54,658 nucleotides of DNA from Akkermansiaceae bacterium. Lineage in GTDB: Bacteria; Verrucomicrobiota; Verrucomicrobiia; Verrucomicrobiales; Akkermansiaceae. The stretch is from the NCBI GenBank assembly GCA_051251915.1, contig JBPOGF010000023.1:1-54658 (forward strand), read 5' to 3'. The notes under the pieces were generated by a model. It searched no databases. It was not told the DNA's origin and saw only the letters and a list, made by a program, of their open reading frames with translations. Positions 29,087-39,300 of this stretch are shown one piece after another. The first letter of the stretch is position 1; every line of letters begins with the position of its first letter. Both the position numbers and the translations under genes were made by a program.

Positions 29087-29098
29087 GGGTGATGGTGA

Positions 29099-30211
29099 TT
29101 AGTTGTTGGTTAGTGGGAGGTCCCAGGTCCAGGTGGGGGTGCCTTTTAGCCAGTGGGAGGTGTCTCCTAAGGCTCGGGTGATGGTGTTGGAGACGGCACT
29201 TTTTAGGTGTGATGAGCCGTCTTTGCTCATTTTGAAGGCGCGATCTAGTGCATAGTTGCCGTCGGGTTTGCGGGTGATGGACCAGATGAATGCTGGGCGG
29301 AGTTCTTCTCCGTTTTCTGAACGGATGTGCATTTCTCCCATGTTTAGGGCTGCGATGTAGATGGTGTTGGGTTGGTCTGGGAGTTGGTAGGTTTTGTGCC
29401 AGCCTCTGGTGAACCAGGTGATGGTTTGGAGGTCTTGTGAGTCTTGAAAACTTACCTCTAGGTTGTGGTCTTTTTTGAAGCTTAGGATGACTGGAGGCTC
29501 GTCTTCGCGGTCAAAGAAGGACCAGTAGCTGGTGTGGAAGGTTTCTCCGTCCTCTGCGATCATGCGCCAGAGGAAGATGTTGGAGAATGTGGGGCCAGTC
29601 ATCATGCGTTGTTTTGAGATGCCTTTTTCTGCGAGGATTTTATCGAAATGTTGTTCGGCTTTGTGTTTCATGACTAGGCTGGCGATGAAGTAGAGGGTGA
29701 GCCAGCTGGTGGTGATGAGGGCGATTTTCTTCCTGCGGGGGGTGTTTTTTCTGCCGTATGTGATGGCGAGGATGAGGCCGATGAGGATGGGGACGAGGAA
29801 GAAGAGGTCGATGATGAAGATGTTGTCGAGCGAGACGCGTTGGCTGCTGAAGGGCTCGAAGATTTGGGTGCCGTAGGTGTTGAAGCAGTCGATGAGGACG
29901 TGGGTGGATAGAGCTAGGAAGACGAACCAGGAGGCGCGCGAGTAGCTGATGTTGATGGCTTTTTTCTGGTAGTGCTTGTGGAGCCACCAGCCGAAGAGGG
30001 CTGCGCCGATGACCATGAGGAGGATGGAGTGGGAGAGGCCGCGGTGCCAGGTGAGTTGCTCTGCAGCGGTGAGAAATGGGTAGGCGATGACGTCTAGGTC
30101 TGGGAGGGTGCCGAAGAGTAGGCCCCAGAGGATGCCTTTGTTGCCAATTTTCTTGGCTAATACGAGCTCGCCGCAGAGAGCTCCAAGTGCGGCTTGGGTG
30201 ATGGAGTCCAT
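29099..30211 (-). CDS. Inner-membrane metal-dependent hydrolase (YdjM family)
   Basis: MDSITQAALGA, LPDLD, HRGLSHS, HVLID..N.YGT, FIID. Confidence 0.9.
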   Translation of the reverse strand: MDSITQAALGALCGELVLAKKIGNKGILWGLLFGTLPDLDVIAYPFLTAAEQLTWHRGLSHSILLMVIGAALFGWWLHKHYQKKAINISYSRASWFVFLALSTHVLIDCFNTYGTQIFEPFSSQRVSLDNIFIIDLFFLVPILIGLILAITYGRKNTPRRKKIALITTSWLTLYFIASLVMKHKAEQHFDKILAEKGISKQRMMTGPTFSNIFLWRMIAEDGETFHTSYWSFFDREDEPPVILSFKKDHNLEVSFQDSQDLQTITWFTRGWHKTYQLPDQPNTIYIAALNMGEMHIRSENGEELRPAFIWSITRKPDGNYALDRAFKMSKDGSSHLKSAVSNTITRALGDTSHWLKGTPTWTWDLPLTNN

Positions 30212-30333
30212 GTGGGGTTATATGCGCTAGATTTTGGCTGTGCGCAAGTCTGGCTGTGGGTTATGCCGACTAAAATCTAAAGCTCACCTATTTTTTATCT
30301 AAGACGTGGTTCACGATGAGTGACAGCCCTAGA

Positions 30334-31644
30334 TTATCCGAAGAGGTCAAGGATGGGTTTTCCTTCTCGGGATGCCATTTTGAAGGGGCGTTTGGAGGCG
30401 GAGTAGATGATTTGGTCGTAGGGGATGCCTAGGGCGTGGCCGATGGAGGCGTTGAAGTCTGGGGCGGATACTTTTCCTTTGGTGACGGTGGAACCGGTGG
30501 CGTCGGTCTCGCCGTGGACGTAGCCGCCTTTGGTGCCGCCGCCTGCCATGATGCAGGAGAAGGCTTTAGGGAAGTGGTTGCGGCCGCCTTCACCGGTGAG
30601 TTTGGGGGATCTGCCGAATTCTGTGGCGAGGACGATGAGGGTGGAGTCTAGGAGGCCTTTGACCTGGAGGTCTTCTAGGAGGGCGGCGAAGGCTTGGTCT
30701 ACGATGGGGAGTTTTTCGTCTGCTTGGCCGAAGTTGTCGTTATGCCAATCGAACCCGCCGAGTTCTACTTCTACGAAGCGGACGCCTTTTTCTACGAGTC
30801 TGCGGGCGAGGAGGCAGCCTTTGGCGAATTTACTGGAGCCGTAGAGTTTGTGGACGGTGGAGGTTTCTTTTGAGAGGTCGAAGGCTTCTAGGTCTTCGCT
30901 GCGCATGAGTTTGACGGCGGCGTTGTACATTTCGGTGTAGGCGCGGACGTCTTTGTGGCCGGTGGAGAATTTTTCGTCGAAGTCGTGGTCGAGTTCTTGG
31001 CGGATGTTGAGTTGTTGGTGGAATTCTGATTCGGTGACGTTTTTTGGGATGGTGGCGTCTTGGAGGCCGGAGAGTGGGTCGCCGATGGGGAGTGGCTGGA
31101 GGCTGGGTTCCATGAATCCTGCGCCTGGGTGGCCATTGCCACAGCTGATGGTGACGAATCCGGGGATGGTATCGTTAAGTGGTGTGGTGAGTTTGTTTAC
31201 CCAACCGCCTGCTGATGGGTGGGTGATGGATGAGCGCTCGGTGTAGCCGGTGCGCATGAAGTAGCGACCTGGGCCGTGTGCGCCTTGGGTGGTGCTCATG
31301 GAGCGGATGATGGAGAGCTTGTCTGCGTGGCGGGCTAGGTTGGGGAGGTATTCGCTGAGCTGGATGCCGTCGGCTTTGGTGTTGATGGCTTTTTTGCCTC
31401 CGTGGATGGCTGCTTCTGCTTGGGGCTTGGGGTCGAAGGTGTCTAGGTGGGTCATGCCGCCGGACATGTAGAGGTAGATGACGTGTTTTGCCTTTCCTCC
31501 GCCTTTTGCGATGGTGGTGGGATCTGCTGCGAAGGCTGGGGTGTTGAAGAGCTGGGCCATGGAGCCGCCGAGGGTGACGCCGAAGCAGGTGCGGGCGGTG
31601 GTGGCGAGGAAGTCTCTGCGGTTTAGGTCGGTGAGTTTTTTCAT
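30334..31644 (-). CDS. DUF1501 domain Tat-exported protein
   Basis: NRRDFL signal, GGMTHLDTFDPKP, LLARRLVE.GV.FVEV, GFDWH, EFGRSP, GRNH; start at MKKLTD. Confidence 0.92.
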   Translation of the reverse strand: MKKLTDLNRRDFLATTARTCFGVTLGGSMAQLFNTPAFAADPTTIAKGGGKAKHVIYLYMSGGMTHLDTFDPKPQAEAAIHGGKKAINTKADGIQLSEYLPNLARHADKLSIIRSMSTTQGAHGPGRYFMRTGYTERSSITHPSAGGWVNKLTTPLNDTIPGFVTISCGNGHPGAGFMEPSLQPLPIGDPLSGLQDATIPKNVTESEFHQQLNIRQELDHDFDEKFSTGHKDVRAYTEMYNAAVKLMRSEDLEAFDLSKETSTVHKLYGSSKFAKGCLLARRLVEKGVRFVEVELGGFDWHNDNFGQADEKLPIVDQAFAALLEDLQVKGLLDSTLIVLATEFGRSPKLTGEGGRNHFPKAFSCIMAGGGTKGGYVHGETDATGSTVTKGKVSAPDFNASIGHALGIPYDQIIYSASKRPFKMASREGKPILDLFG

Positions 31645-31663
31645 GTGGGTAAGGTTGGGTTGA

Positions 31664-31747
31664 TGAGATTTGGTGGTTCTTATGGTTTGGGGGATCTGCG
31701 ATCCGTCAGAGGTTGATTGGTCATTGGTGGTGGACAATGAAACTTGG
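31664..31747. repeat. ~90-bp dispersed repeat, copy 2
   Basis: Matches 15607-15699 but lacks one ATGGTCA heptamer. Confidence 0.9.
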
Positions 31748-31766
31748 TGCTTTGGTGGCTTGGGTT

Positions 31767-31796
31767 GTCGCGTATAACGGCTTTGCCGCGGGCGAT
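31767..31796. repeat. TCGCGTA...CGAT hairpin element, copy 4
   Basis: GTCGC-gtataa-CGGC-ttt-GCCG-cgg-GCGAT, 4 nt beyond the stop of gene 31801-33924. Confidence 0.8.
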
Positions 31797-31800
31797 TTTT

Positions 31801-33924
31801 TTATTGGAGGAAGAGGAAGCGTTTGGAGTTTAGCATGGCTTTTGCTAGGACTTGGGTTTGTTTGTTGTCTTGCATGAGGGGGGTGTATTTCTTGTGCTCG
31901 GCGCTGGTGGGGTAGCGGGAGTAGATGGTGATGAAGAGGATGTTTAGCTTTTCGGTGGGTGAGCTGGCTTTTGATAGTAGGGTGGGTAGGGTGCCTTTTC
32001 TGTCTGCAACTGAGCGGATGTCTTTGCCGTTGAGGAGGGTGAGGGTTTGTGGGATGGAGGCGTCTGAGTGTCCGGCATTGGGGGTTTGGCGGTCTGATGC
32101 TCCGAACATTCTGAGGAATCCGCCGCCGTTGCTAGGGGCTGGCATTTCAGAGGCTCTAAGGGGGCTTTTGTTTTTGACCTTGAGGTTGTAGTTGGTGGCC
32201 ATTTGGAGCATGGATGGGGTCATGGTGGCGTCACCGGCTGACATAGTTGCCATGGTGGCGGTTTTGGTTTTGGTGGATTGGATTTGGGCGTAGATTTCTC
32301 TTTGTTGTTTTTGGAGTTTGTTTGCTTTGTCTGTTAGTCCTTCGGACTCGGCTTTGGTTCTTTCTAGTTTGAGTTTGCGGGCTTTGGCTTGGAGTTCGTA
32401 GAGTTTTTTCTCTGTTTGGTCTGTGATTTTATCGATCTGGATGAGGGTGTCTGGGGTGGTGGCTAGGAGTGAGGTGATGCCGGCTGCGTAGTTGTTCCAG
32501 CGGCTGGCGAAGGTGGGGTTGGTCTGGGCGTCTAGGTTGCCTTTTTCTAGGGTGAGGAAGGAGTCGTAGAGTTCTTCTGCGGTGAGTCTGCGTAGGATGG
32601 GGCCTTGGAAGGCGTAGGTGCTGCCGGGTTCTACTTCTTCTTTGGAGACGGTGCGCTGGTAGAGCTGGGTGTGGTAGAGGATGCGGAGGGTCTCGCGGAT
32701 GTTGTAGTTATTTTTTCGGAGGATTTTCTCTACGATGGCGAGAGCTTCTGGGTGGGAGACTTTGGTGCGGTCTGTCCAGTTGTCTAGTGGCTCGGCGAGT
32801 CCGTAGCCGAAGACGTGCTGCCAGAGGCGGTTGGCGATGTTTTTGGTGAATTGTGGGTTGTTGGGGTCGGTGACCCAGTTGGCGAAGTTTTCGAGTCTGT
32901 TTTCTCCTTGGTGGAGGTTGGGGATTTCTTTGAAGATGGGCTTGGGTGTGACGATGTCACCAGGGTTGCCGTCGTTGTATGGGTAGTCGTCTGGGAGTTT
33001 GAGGGTTTTGGTGTTGTTGAGGGTGATTTCGTTTTTGTTGAATTGTTTGAAGAGTGAGTTGATGTTACGTGAGGTTTTTTTGAGGAAGTTTCTGTAGAGG
33101 TTGTTTTGGTTTTTGTATTTCTTTGCGAGTTGTTTGTCTTTTGGTTTTTTGGCATTTTGGTCAGGTTTTGTGATGCCTTGTTGGTCTGCTACGTGGATGG
33201 CGGTGTCTAATATTTTCTGGCGGGCAGTTTCGCTTTTGTAGTCGATGTTGGCTCCGAATGCGGCTAGTTGGTAGTATTGTTTCTGGGTCCAGTCCTCGAA
33301 TGGATGGTCGTGGCATTGGGCGCAGCCGATCTGGGTGCCGAGGAAGACTTGGACGGTGTTGCTGATGTTATCTAGGAGCATGTTGCGGTCGCGTAGGTAG
33401 TAGCCGACTGCGGGGTTGCTGCTGGCGTGGCCACTGGCGCTGAGCATCTGGTGGACCATTTTATTGTAGGGTTTGTTATTTGCTACTGATTCGCGGAGCC
33501 AGACGTGCCAGCCTAGGCCGTATTGTTCATCGTTGGTCTGGAGGCGGAGCATGTCTGCCCAGAAGTTGAAGGTTTTGGATTCGTAGCCGGGGGAGTAGAC
33601 TAGGGAGTCTATGAGTGTGGCGCGTTTGTCTTTGCTGCGGTTGTTGAAAAATGTGGTGGCTTCTTGGTAGGTGGGGATGCGGCCGGTGATGCCGATGTAG
33701 GCACGGCGTAGGAAGGTGGCGTCATCGGTGATACGGGAGGGTTTGAGCTTGCTGGCGATGAGGTCTGATTCGACGGCGTTGTCGATCATAGAGCTGGTGC
33801 TACGGATGGTGCTGAGATCTGTAACGTTGTTAGGGGTTTGTGCAATGACTATGGGCGCATGGAGAAGTAGTGTACTTCCTATGAGGGTGAGGCATTTAGC
33901 GGGAAATGAGAGCAAGGGTTGCAT
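31801..33924 (-). CDS. DUF1549/DUF1553 (PSCyt2/PSD1) protein
   Basis: FLRRAY..ITGRIPT, FLG..IGCAQCHDHPF, NRLWQHVFGYG, SHPE, RRLTAE. Confidence 0.92.
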   Translation of the reverse strand: MQPLLSFPAKCLTLIGSTLLLHAPIVIAQTPNNVTDLSTIRSTSSMIDNAVESDLIASKLKPSRITDDATFLRRAYIGITGRIPTYQEATTFFNNRSKDKRATLIDSLVYSPGYESKTFNFWADMLRLQTNDEQYGLGWHVWLRESVANNKPYNKMVHQMLSASGHASSNPAVGYYLRDRNMLLDNISNTVQVFLGTQIGCAQCHDHPFEDWTQKQYYQLAAFGANIDYKSETARQKILDTAIHVADQQGITKPDQNAKKPKDKQLAKKYKNQNNLYRNFLKKTSRNINSLFKQFNKNEITLNNTKTLKLPDDYPYNDGNPGDIVTPKPIFKEIPNLHQGENRLENFANWVTDPNNPQFTKNIANRLWQHVFGYGLAEPLDNWTDRTKVSHPEALAIVEKILRKNNYNIRETLRILYHTQLYQRTVSKEEVEPGSTYAFQGPILRRLTAEELYDSFLTLEKGNLDAQTNPTFASRWNNYAAGITSLLATTPDTLIQIDKITDQTEKKLYELQAKARKLKLERTKAESEGLTDKANKLQKQQREIYAQIQSTKTKTATMATMSAGDATMTPSMLQMATNYNLKVKNKSPLRASEMPAPSNGGGFLRMFGASDRQTPNAGHSDASIPQTLTLLNGKDIRSVADRKGTLPTLLSKASSPTEKLNILFITIYSRYPTSAEHKKYTPLMQDNKQTQVLAKAMLNSKRFLFLQ

Positions 33925-33930
33925 AATGTT

Positions 33931-33958
33931 TAATACGGGATAATTTTTAGTGGGTTAC
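33931..33958 (-). promoter_or_regulatory. Putative ECF sigma-type promoter, near-leaderless
   Basis: Minus strand GTAAC-N16-CGTATTA, 6 nt before the ATG. Confidence 0.55.
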
Positions 33959-34054
33959 GTTAAATTTGCATCAAAAAATAGGTTATGTAAAGAAGAGAGT
34001 AATTCCCCTTGTTTTGGCGATTGCATTGGTGCGGGGATTCGCTATAGATATGGA

Positions 34055-34759
34055 ATGAATTTGGATATGGCGAAGAGAGAGCGTAAAGGCTTTAGTATGG
34101 TAAAGATGGTGATGACCCTCCTGATACTTGGAGTATTGGGAGCTATGGGCGGATTTGTTTACTTTGGTTGGCAGGGTGCAGACTTGTCAGGAGTCAGTGG
34201 TAGAGAGGGTATTGCGAAAGGTCAGTCTAGTATTGGCTATGTTGATATTGAACGAAAAGTGAGGAATGCGCTGAATGCGGATGTGGAGGTGACTCTGACT
34301 GAGGCTGAGCTGAACCAGTATATCGCTAAGAATGTAAAGATGAAGCAGGGTGGGTTTATGAAGGATTTTGCTACTGTTAAGGGAGTGTATGTGGATTTGA
34401 AGCCAGATGTGATGGAAATTTTTATTGAGCGAGAAGTGGCGCAGTATGGTGATGAGGGAGTGATCAAGACGGATGTTTTTAAGCCGTTTACGCATACGGT
34501 TTCTATGAAGTTGAAGATTTTCACAGTGGTGGATGATCAGGGGGTGACTACTCGTAAGGTGGAGTTTCCTGGTGGGACGATAGGTAAGGCGCCGACTCCG
34601 GGGTTGATGGTGACGATTGTGAAGAGTAGTTTTGACCAGTTGGCGGAGCATTTTAAGACTGAGACAGATCTGGGGTATGAGAAGATGACTAGCATCACGG
34701 TGGGTGATGGTTTCATCAAGCTAGATCCTAGAGTGAAGACTCGTATGGTGACTGAGTAA
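34055..34759 (+). CDS. Hypothetical membrane-anchored protein
   Basis: N-terminal TM helix, LTEAELNQY motif; start uncertain (34055, 34067 or 34097). Confidence 0.75.
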   Translation: MNLDMAKRERKGFSMVKMVMTLLILGVLGAMGGFVYFGWQGADLSGVSGREGIAKGQSSIGYVDIERKVRNALNADVEVTLTEAELNQYIAKNVKMKQGGFMKDFATVKGVYVDLKPDVMEIFIEREVAQYGDEGVIKTDVFKPFTHTVSMKLKIFTVVDDQGVTTRKVEFPGGTIGKAPTPGLMVTIVKSSFDQLAEHFKTETDLGYEKMTSITVGDGFIKLDPRVKTRMVTE

Positions 34760-34767
34760 TTTATTTG

Positions 34768-36159
34768 ATGAGGAAATTTATCTACAGCGCGTTGAGCTTG
34801 CTCGTTTTTAGTCAAGCGGGGGCGTGTCAGCGACGTGCTGCGGAGGCGCCTAAGGCGGTGCCTGTGGATAAAGGTGTGGTGGTGGAAGATGCTGAGGACG
34901 CTGGTGGAAATACTTCTACTGGTGTGAATAAGCAATTTAGGGTGCGTGGGGCGAGCTTGCATCTGAATAAGTCTGTATCTGCGCTGTGCGATGAGCTTTC
35001 TAAAGGGGTGTATGAGTTGCTGGGGGAGAAGCGTCCTGAGGGGGGATTCTACCCGATCAATGTGTTGCTTTATAGTGAGGGGGAGGCGAAGCGTCAGAAT
35101 ATTTTTAAGACGACTGTGACTCCGATGGAGGGTGGAGGATTTAAGATTAATTTGGTGGTGGATATCCGTGAGCAGATAGATAGGTCTGACTTGGAGGCAG
35201 GGGTGATGCAGGCGATCGTGATGGAGCGGACGCTGCGGACTGATCCTGCGCTGAATGCTGAGAGTGTGTTGGATGTGCCTAGGTGGGTGAGTGATGGGCT
35301 TTTAGGAGCGTTGAAGTGGAAGGAGGAGGCGAGGAATCGTGGGATGTTTGAGGTGTTGACTCGTAGGCCGGAGTTGTTTCCGGTGGGGCAATTATTTACG
35401 ACGAAGCAGAAGGATATTCAGGCGATGGGGGAGACTGTTAGAGCTCTTTATGATGCATCCGCTACGGCGATGGTGATGTCGTTGTATAGGCAGAAAGATG
35501 GGAAGACTGGTTTAGCGAGGATGCTGTCAGAGGTGGCGGTGTTTGAGGGGGAGCCGGAGGAGCTGTTGCGTAAGAATTTTCCTGCGATGAATGTTGGTAA
35601 GCGCGGGTTGCAGAAGGTGTGGAACTTGCAGTTGGCTGAGATGTCTGTGCCGAGATTGATCGATACTAAGACGCTGATGACGACTGAGGAGAGTTTACGT
35701 GAGGTGTTGTTTTTTAGCCTGATTGGGAAAGATAGGCTGGAGCGGAAGGTGGCGATAAAGGATTTTGACGTGTTGGCTGGTTTGGGGCAAAAGGAGCGAG
35801 TGAGGGTGACGATGATTTTGCGTCAGGATCTGGTGCAGTTGAGTTATAGGGCCTATCCTGACTATCAGCCTATTTTGGCGGAGTATGGGTTTATTTTAAC
35901 GAGTCTGGCGCGTGGTGAGATGGATACTGTGGGGGAGAGGCTTAAGAGGCTGGAGGATGAGCGAGCGATTATGTATGAGAACGGGAAGCGTGCGAGAGAT
36001 GTGCTGGACTGGTATCAGTTGTCACAGGCTCGTGATCTGAAGGGGGACTTTACAGGGTATCAGCGGTTGTTAGAGAGGATGAAGCGGGAGAAGAAGCTTG
36101 GTGAGGAGAATGCTGTTTCTGGTTATGTGAATCAGGTTCAGAAGTTGATGACTAGGTAG
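34768..36159 (+). CDS. Hypothetical protein, possible lipoprotein
   Basis: Long ORF; signal peptide ending AGA-C. Confidence 0.75.
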   Translation: MRKFIYSALSLLVFSQAGACQRRAAEAPKAVPVDKGVVVEDAEDAGGNTSTGVNKQFRVRGASLHLNKSVSALCDELSKGVYELLGEKRPEGGFYPINVLLYSEGEAKRQNIFKTTVTPMEGGGFKINLVVDIREQIDRSDLEAGVMQAIVMERTLRTDPALNAESVLDVPRWVSDGLLGALKWKEEARNRGMFEVLTRRPELFPVGQLFTTKQKDIQAMGETVRALYDASATAMVMSLYRQKDGKTGLARMLSEVAVFEGEPEELLRKNFPAMNVGKRGLQKVWNLQLAEMSVPRLIDTKTLMTTEESLREVLFFSLIGKDRLERKVAIKDFDVLAGLGQKERVRVTMILRQDLVQLSYRAYPDYQPILAEYGFILTSLARGEMDTVGERLKRLEDERAIMYENGKRARDVLDWYQLSQARDLKGDFTGYQRLLERMKREKKLGEENAVSGYVNQVQKLMTR

Positions 36160-36194
36160 AATTTGAAGTAGGGCGTTTGAAGTGTGGTATTTGG

Positions 36195-36216
36195 CTAGGG
36201 TTATTTTTAACCCTAG
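36195..36216. promoter_or_regulatory. Perfect inverted repeat upstream of the sulfatase
   Basis: CTAGGGTTA-tttt-TAACCCTAG. Confidence 0.4.
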
Positions 36217-36328
36217 GAGGTAGTGATTAGTTGATATAGAGGCTGGATGGGGGAGTTATTTGTGGTATGAATTGATAATAGATGATTGTTATTTAATCTA
36301 TTAGCTTAATTTTGAAATTTTATATATT

Positions 36329-39300
36329 ATGATCCACGTTCTTATTTTATTTACTGGTTTGTTGGTTATTGCTGAGAGTGTGGTGGCTGGGTCTCTTGTT
36401 ATTAATGAGGCAGATGCTCCTGCGGATGCTATTGTGTCTCAGGCTGTAGCTGGGAGTTTTACGCGGTCATTTGAGAATAGTAGTAATAATGGGAAGACGA
36501 CGCGAGGGAATACGTTTCTGATGCCTGATATGGGGAATAGTTTTCCTGGTTATAAGGTGACTGGGCTAACGCTTAGGAAGGATGAGCAGCAGAGTTTTGG
36601 TGCGGGTGATGAGTTGCAGTTGTGGTTGTTTGCGTGGGATCCGGCTGATGATGGGAGTGATGGTAGTAGCTGGACACAGGCTGGGACTAATGGATTGCAG
36701 GATGGGGATCCGCTGAGTGGGACGGGGATGAGTGGGTTGTTGGTGGATACTTATAGTTTGAGTGGAATGACATTTAATGATGAGTCGTTTTTTACTTTTG
36801 ATTTTACGGCTAATCCTCTCTATCTGGCTAAGAATAAGGTTTATGGTTTTGTAGTTGGTTGTGTGGATGGTGGTGGTGATGGTGGGAGTTATTTTCAGTA
36901 TAGGGAGGGGAGTCCTTCGACTTATGCTGATGGGGTGCAGATTAGGAATCAGGGGTTGATTAGTGGGAATAGTGTTTATTCTCCTAGGGATGTTACGTTT
37001 TTTGTGAGGGGGGTGGAGATTGATGAGGGGATATATGCTACGGATTCTGATGGTGATGGGTTGTCTGATGTTTGGGAGGCGATGAATTTCCAGGGGTTGG
37101 CTGAGAGTGGTGGTGGGGATGCTGATGGTGATGGGGTGGATAATGAGGCGGAGGAGACTGCGGGGACGGATCCTAATGAGGCGGATAGTGATGAGGATGG
37201 GCTGGAGGATGGTGTTGAGATAGCTGGGCCGACGGATCCGCTGGATGCAGATAGTGATGATGATGGTTTGTTAGATGGGGTGGAGAGTGGGACTGGGGTT
37301 TATGTGTCTGGGTCTGATACGGGGACGGATGCGATGCTGGATGATAGTGATGATGATGGGTTTATGGATGGGGTGGAGATTAGCCGTGGTTCTGATCCTT
37401 CAGATGGGGGGCATGTGCCGGGGGAGCTGCCTAATATTGTTTTCATCATGATTGATGATCTTGATGTGCGTGAGATAGGGGTGTATGGGCAGGCTACATT
37501 GAAGACGCCGCGGGTGGATGCGATGGCGGGTGAGGGGATGATGTTTACGGATTATTATACGGCGAGTCCGGTTTGTCATTCTTGTAGGTCTTCTCTTATT
37601 ACGGGGCAGGATTCTAGGAGGTCTCAGGATAGGTTTAATTCTTCTCTGAATCTGGAGGCTTCACGGGTGACGATAGGTGAGGTGCTGAAGGAGGCGGGGT
37701 ATACTACGGGGTGTGTGGGGAAGTGGGGGATGGGGACGTCTACTGGGACGGGTGCTCCGTGGAAGCAGGGGTTTGATTTTTTCTGTGGATATCTGAGTCA
37801 GGTGAATGCGCATCGTTTTTTTCCGAAGTATTTGTGGAGGAATGATCAGAAGATTTATTTTGATCAGACGCTGGCGAGTTCTGAAGGTGGGTCGCTTTAT
37901 ATTCCTGGGGCGGCGAATCTGAATGGGATTACTAAGGCGTGGACGGATGATTTTGGTAATGTTTGCTCACATGATGTGGTGGTTTCTGAGGGGTTGAAAT
38001 TTATTGAGGATAATGTGGCTAAACCATTTTTTCTGTATTGTGCGTGGACGCCACCGCATGCGTATATGTATCCGGCGGCTACGTTAGTTGCTCTGACGGA
38101 TGCTGATGGATTAGTGTATGATCCGATGGATCTGGATCAGACGATGATTAATGAGGTTTATCCGGGTGCTCCTTTTGGTGGGACTGCGGCGAGTCCGGAT
38201 TTTAATAATCATTGTTATGCTTCGATGGTTTCTGCTGCTGACCGGGATACGGGGCGGATACTGGACAAGCTTGTGGAGCTGGGGATAGATGATAAGACGT
38301 TGGTGATTTTCTGCTCTGATAATGGTGAGGATGAGCCTACGTTTTTGACTGCGGCTCATTTGAAGGCGGGTTATGAGGATCTGCGTGGGGCTAAGAAGGA
38401 TACTTATGAGGGTGGGATACGTGCTCCGTTTGTGGCATGGTGGCCGGGGGAGATTTCAGCTGGGACGTCTTCTGATGTGGTGGGGACGTTTGCGGATATG
38501 TTGCCGACGTTTGCTGAGATGGCTGGGTTGACGACTCCAATGCAGGTAACGGGGCGGTCGATTTTGCCGATTTTGCGTGGTGGTGGGGAGGCTGATTTAC
38601 AGGATAGGGATTATCATTATTGGAGTTTTAGGGAGCATAGTAATGGTTTGTTTAGGCGCTGGAGGACGGTGAGGCAGGGGGACTGGAAGATAGTGCGTGA
38701 TAGGGATAATAGTGGTGGGGTGCCTAGTTATGAGTTATTTGATCTGGGGGTGGATCCTTATGAGACGAATGATTTGTCTGCTAGTGAGTCGGTGGTGCTA
38801 GGGCGGTTGATTCCTTTGGTGGAGGGGACGCATGAGGTTCCTGTTGCGACATATTTCCGTGCGGATGATGAGTTTTATAGTAAGACGAATCTGGCAGCGG
38901 CTGGGTATGTGATAGATACTCCGGATGGGAGTGGGGCTTCTAATGGGTATAGCTTGACGGCGAGTGGTGTGGGGAGTGGGTTTAACTATCTTCCTTTTAG
39001 TGATGGGGTGACTGGGGAAGTGAGTTTTGATTGGGTGATGCAGTTTCCTGCGGGTGGTGCGGGGTCGTTTTTGGTGAGTGGGGTGAATAGCACGGGGGGG
39101 AGTCTTAAGGTGCGGATTGATGCTGATGATCTTAGATTGGAGGTGATTAGAAATGGGGGAGTTGTGACGAGTGGGGCTTTGGCTGAGGGGGATGTGCCGA
39201 GTGGGATGGCTGAGTGTGTGATGCGGTTTAACCCTGCTACGGGTGTGGGTGAGGTGGAGGTAGGGGCTGTGACGCTTGATTTTGATTTAGCTGCTAGTTT

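Noticed and set aside
31645..31737. N-terminal extensions in the ORF track for the DUF1501 gene (and eboE 41848-41877)
   Set aside because: These extensions translate intergenic repeat DNA (MSTTNDQST.., MTNDGRSP..); downstream ATGs give family-typical starts
33918..33945. GCATAATG.. as a dif site
   Set aside because: No XerD arm (TTATGTTAAA); it overlaps a start codon and is better explained as a promoter
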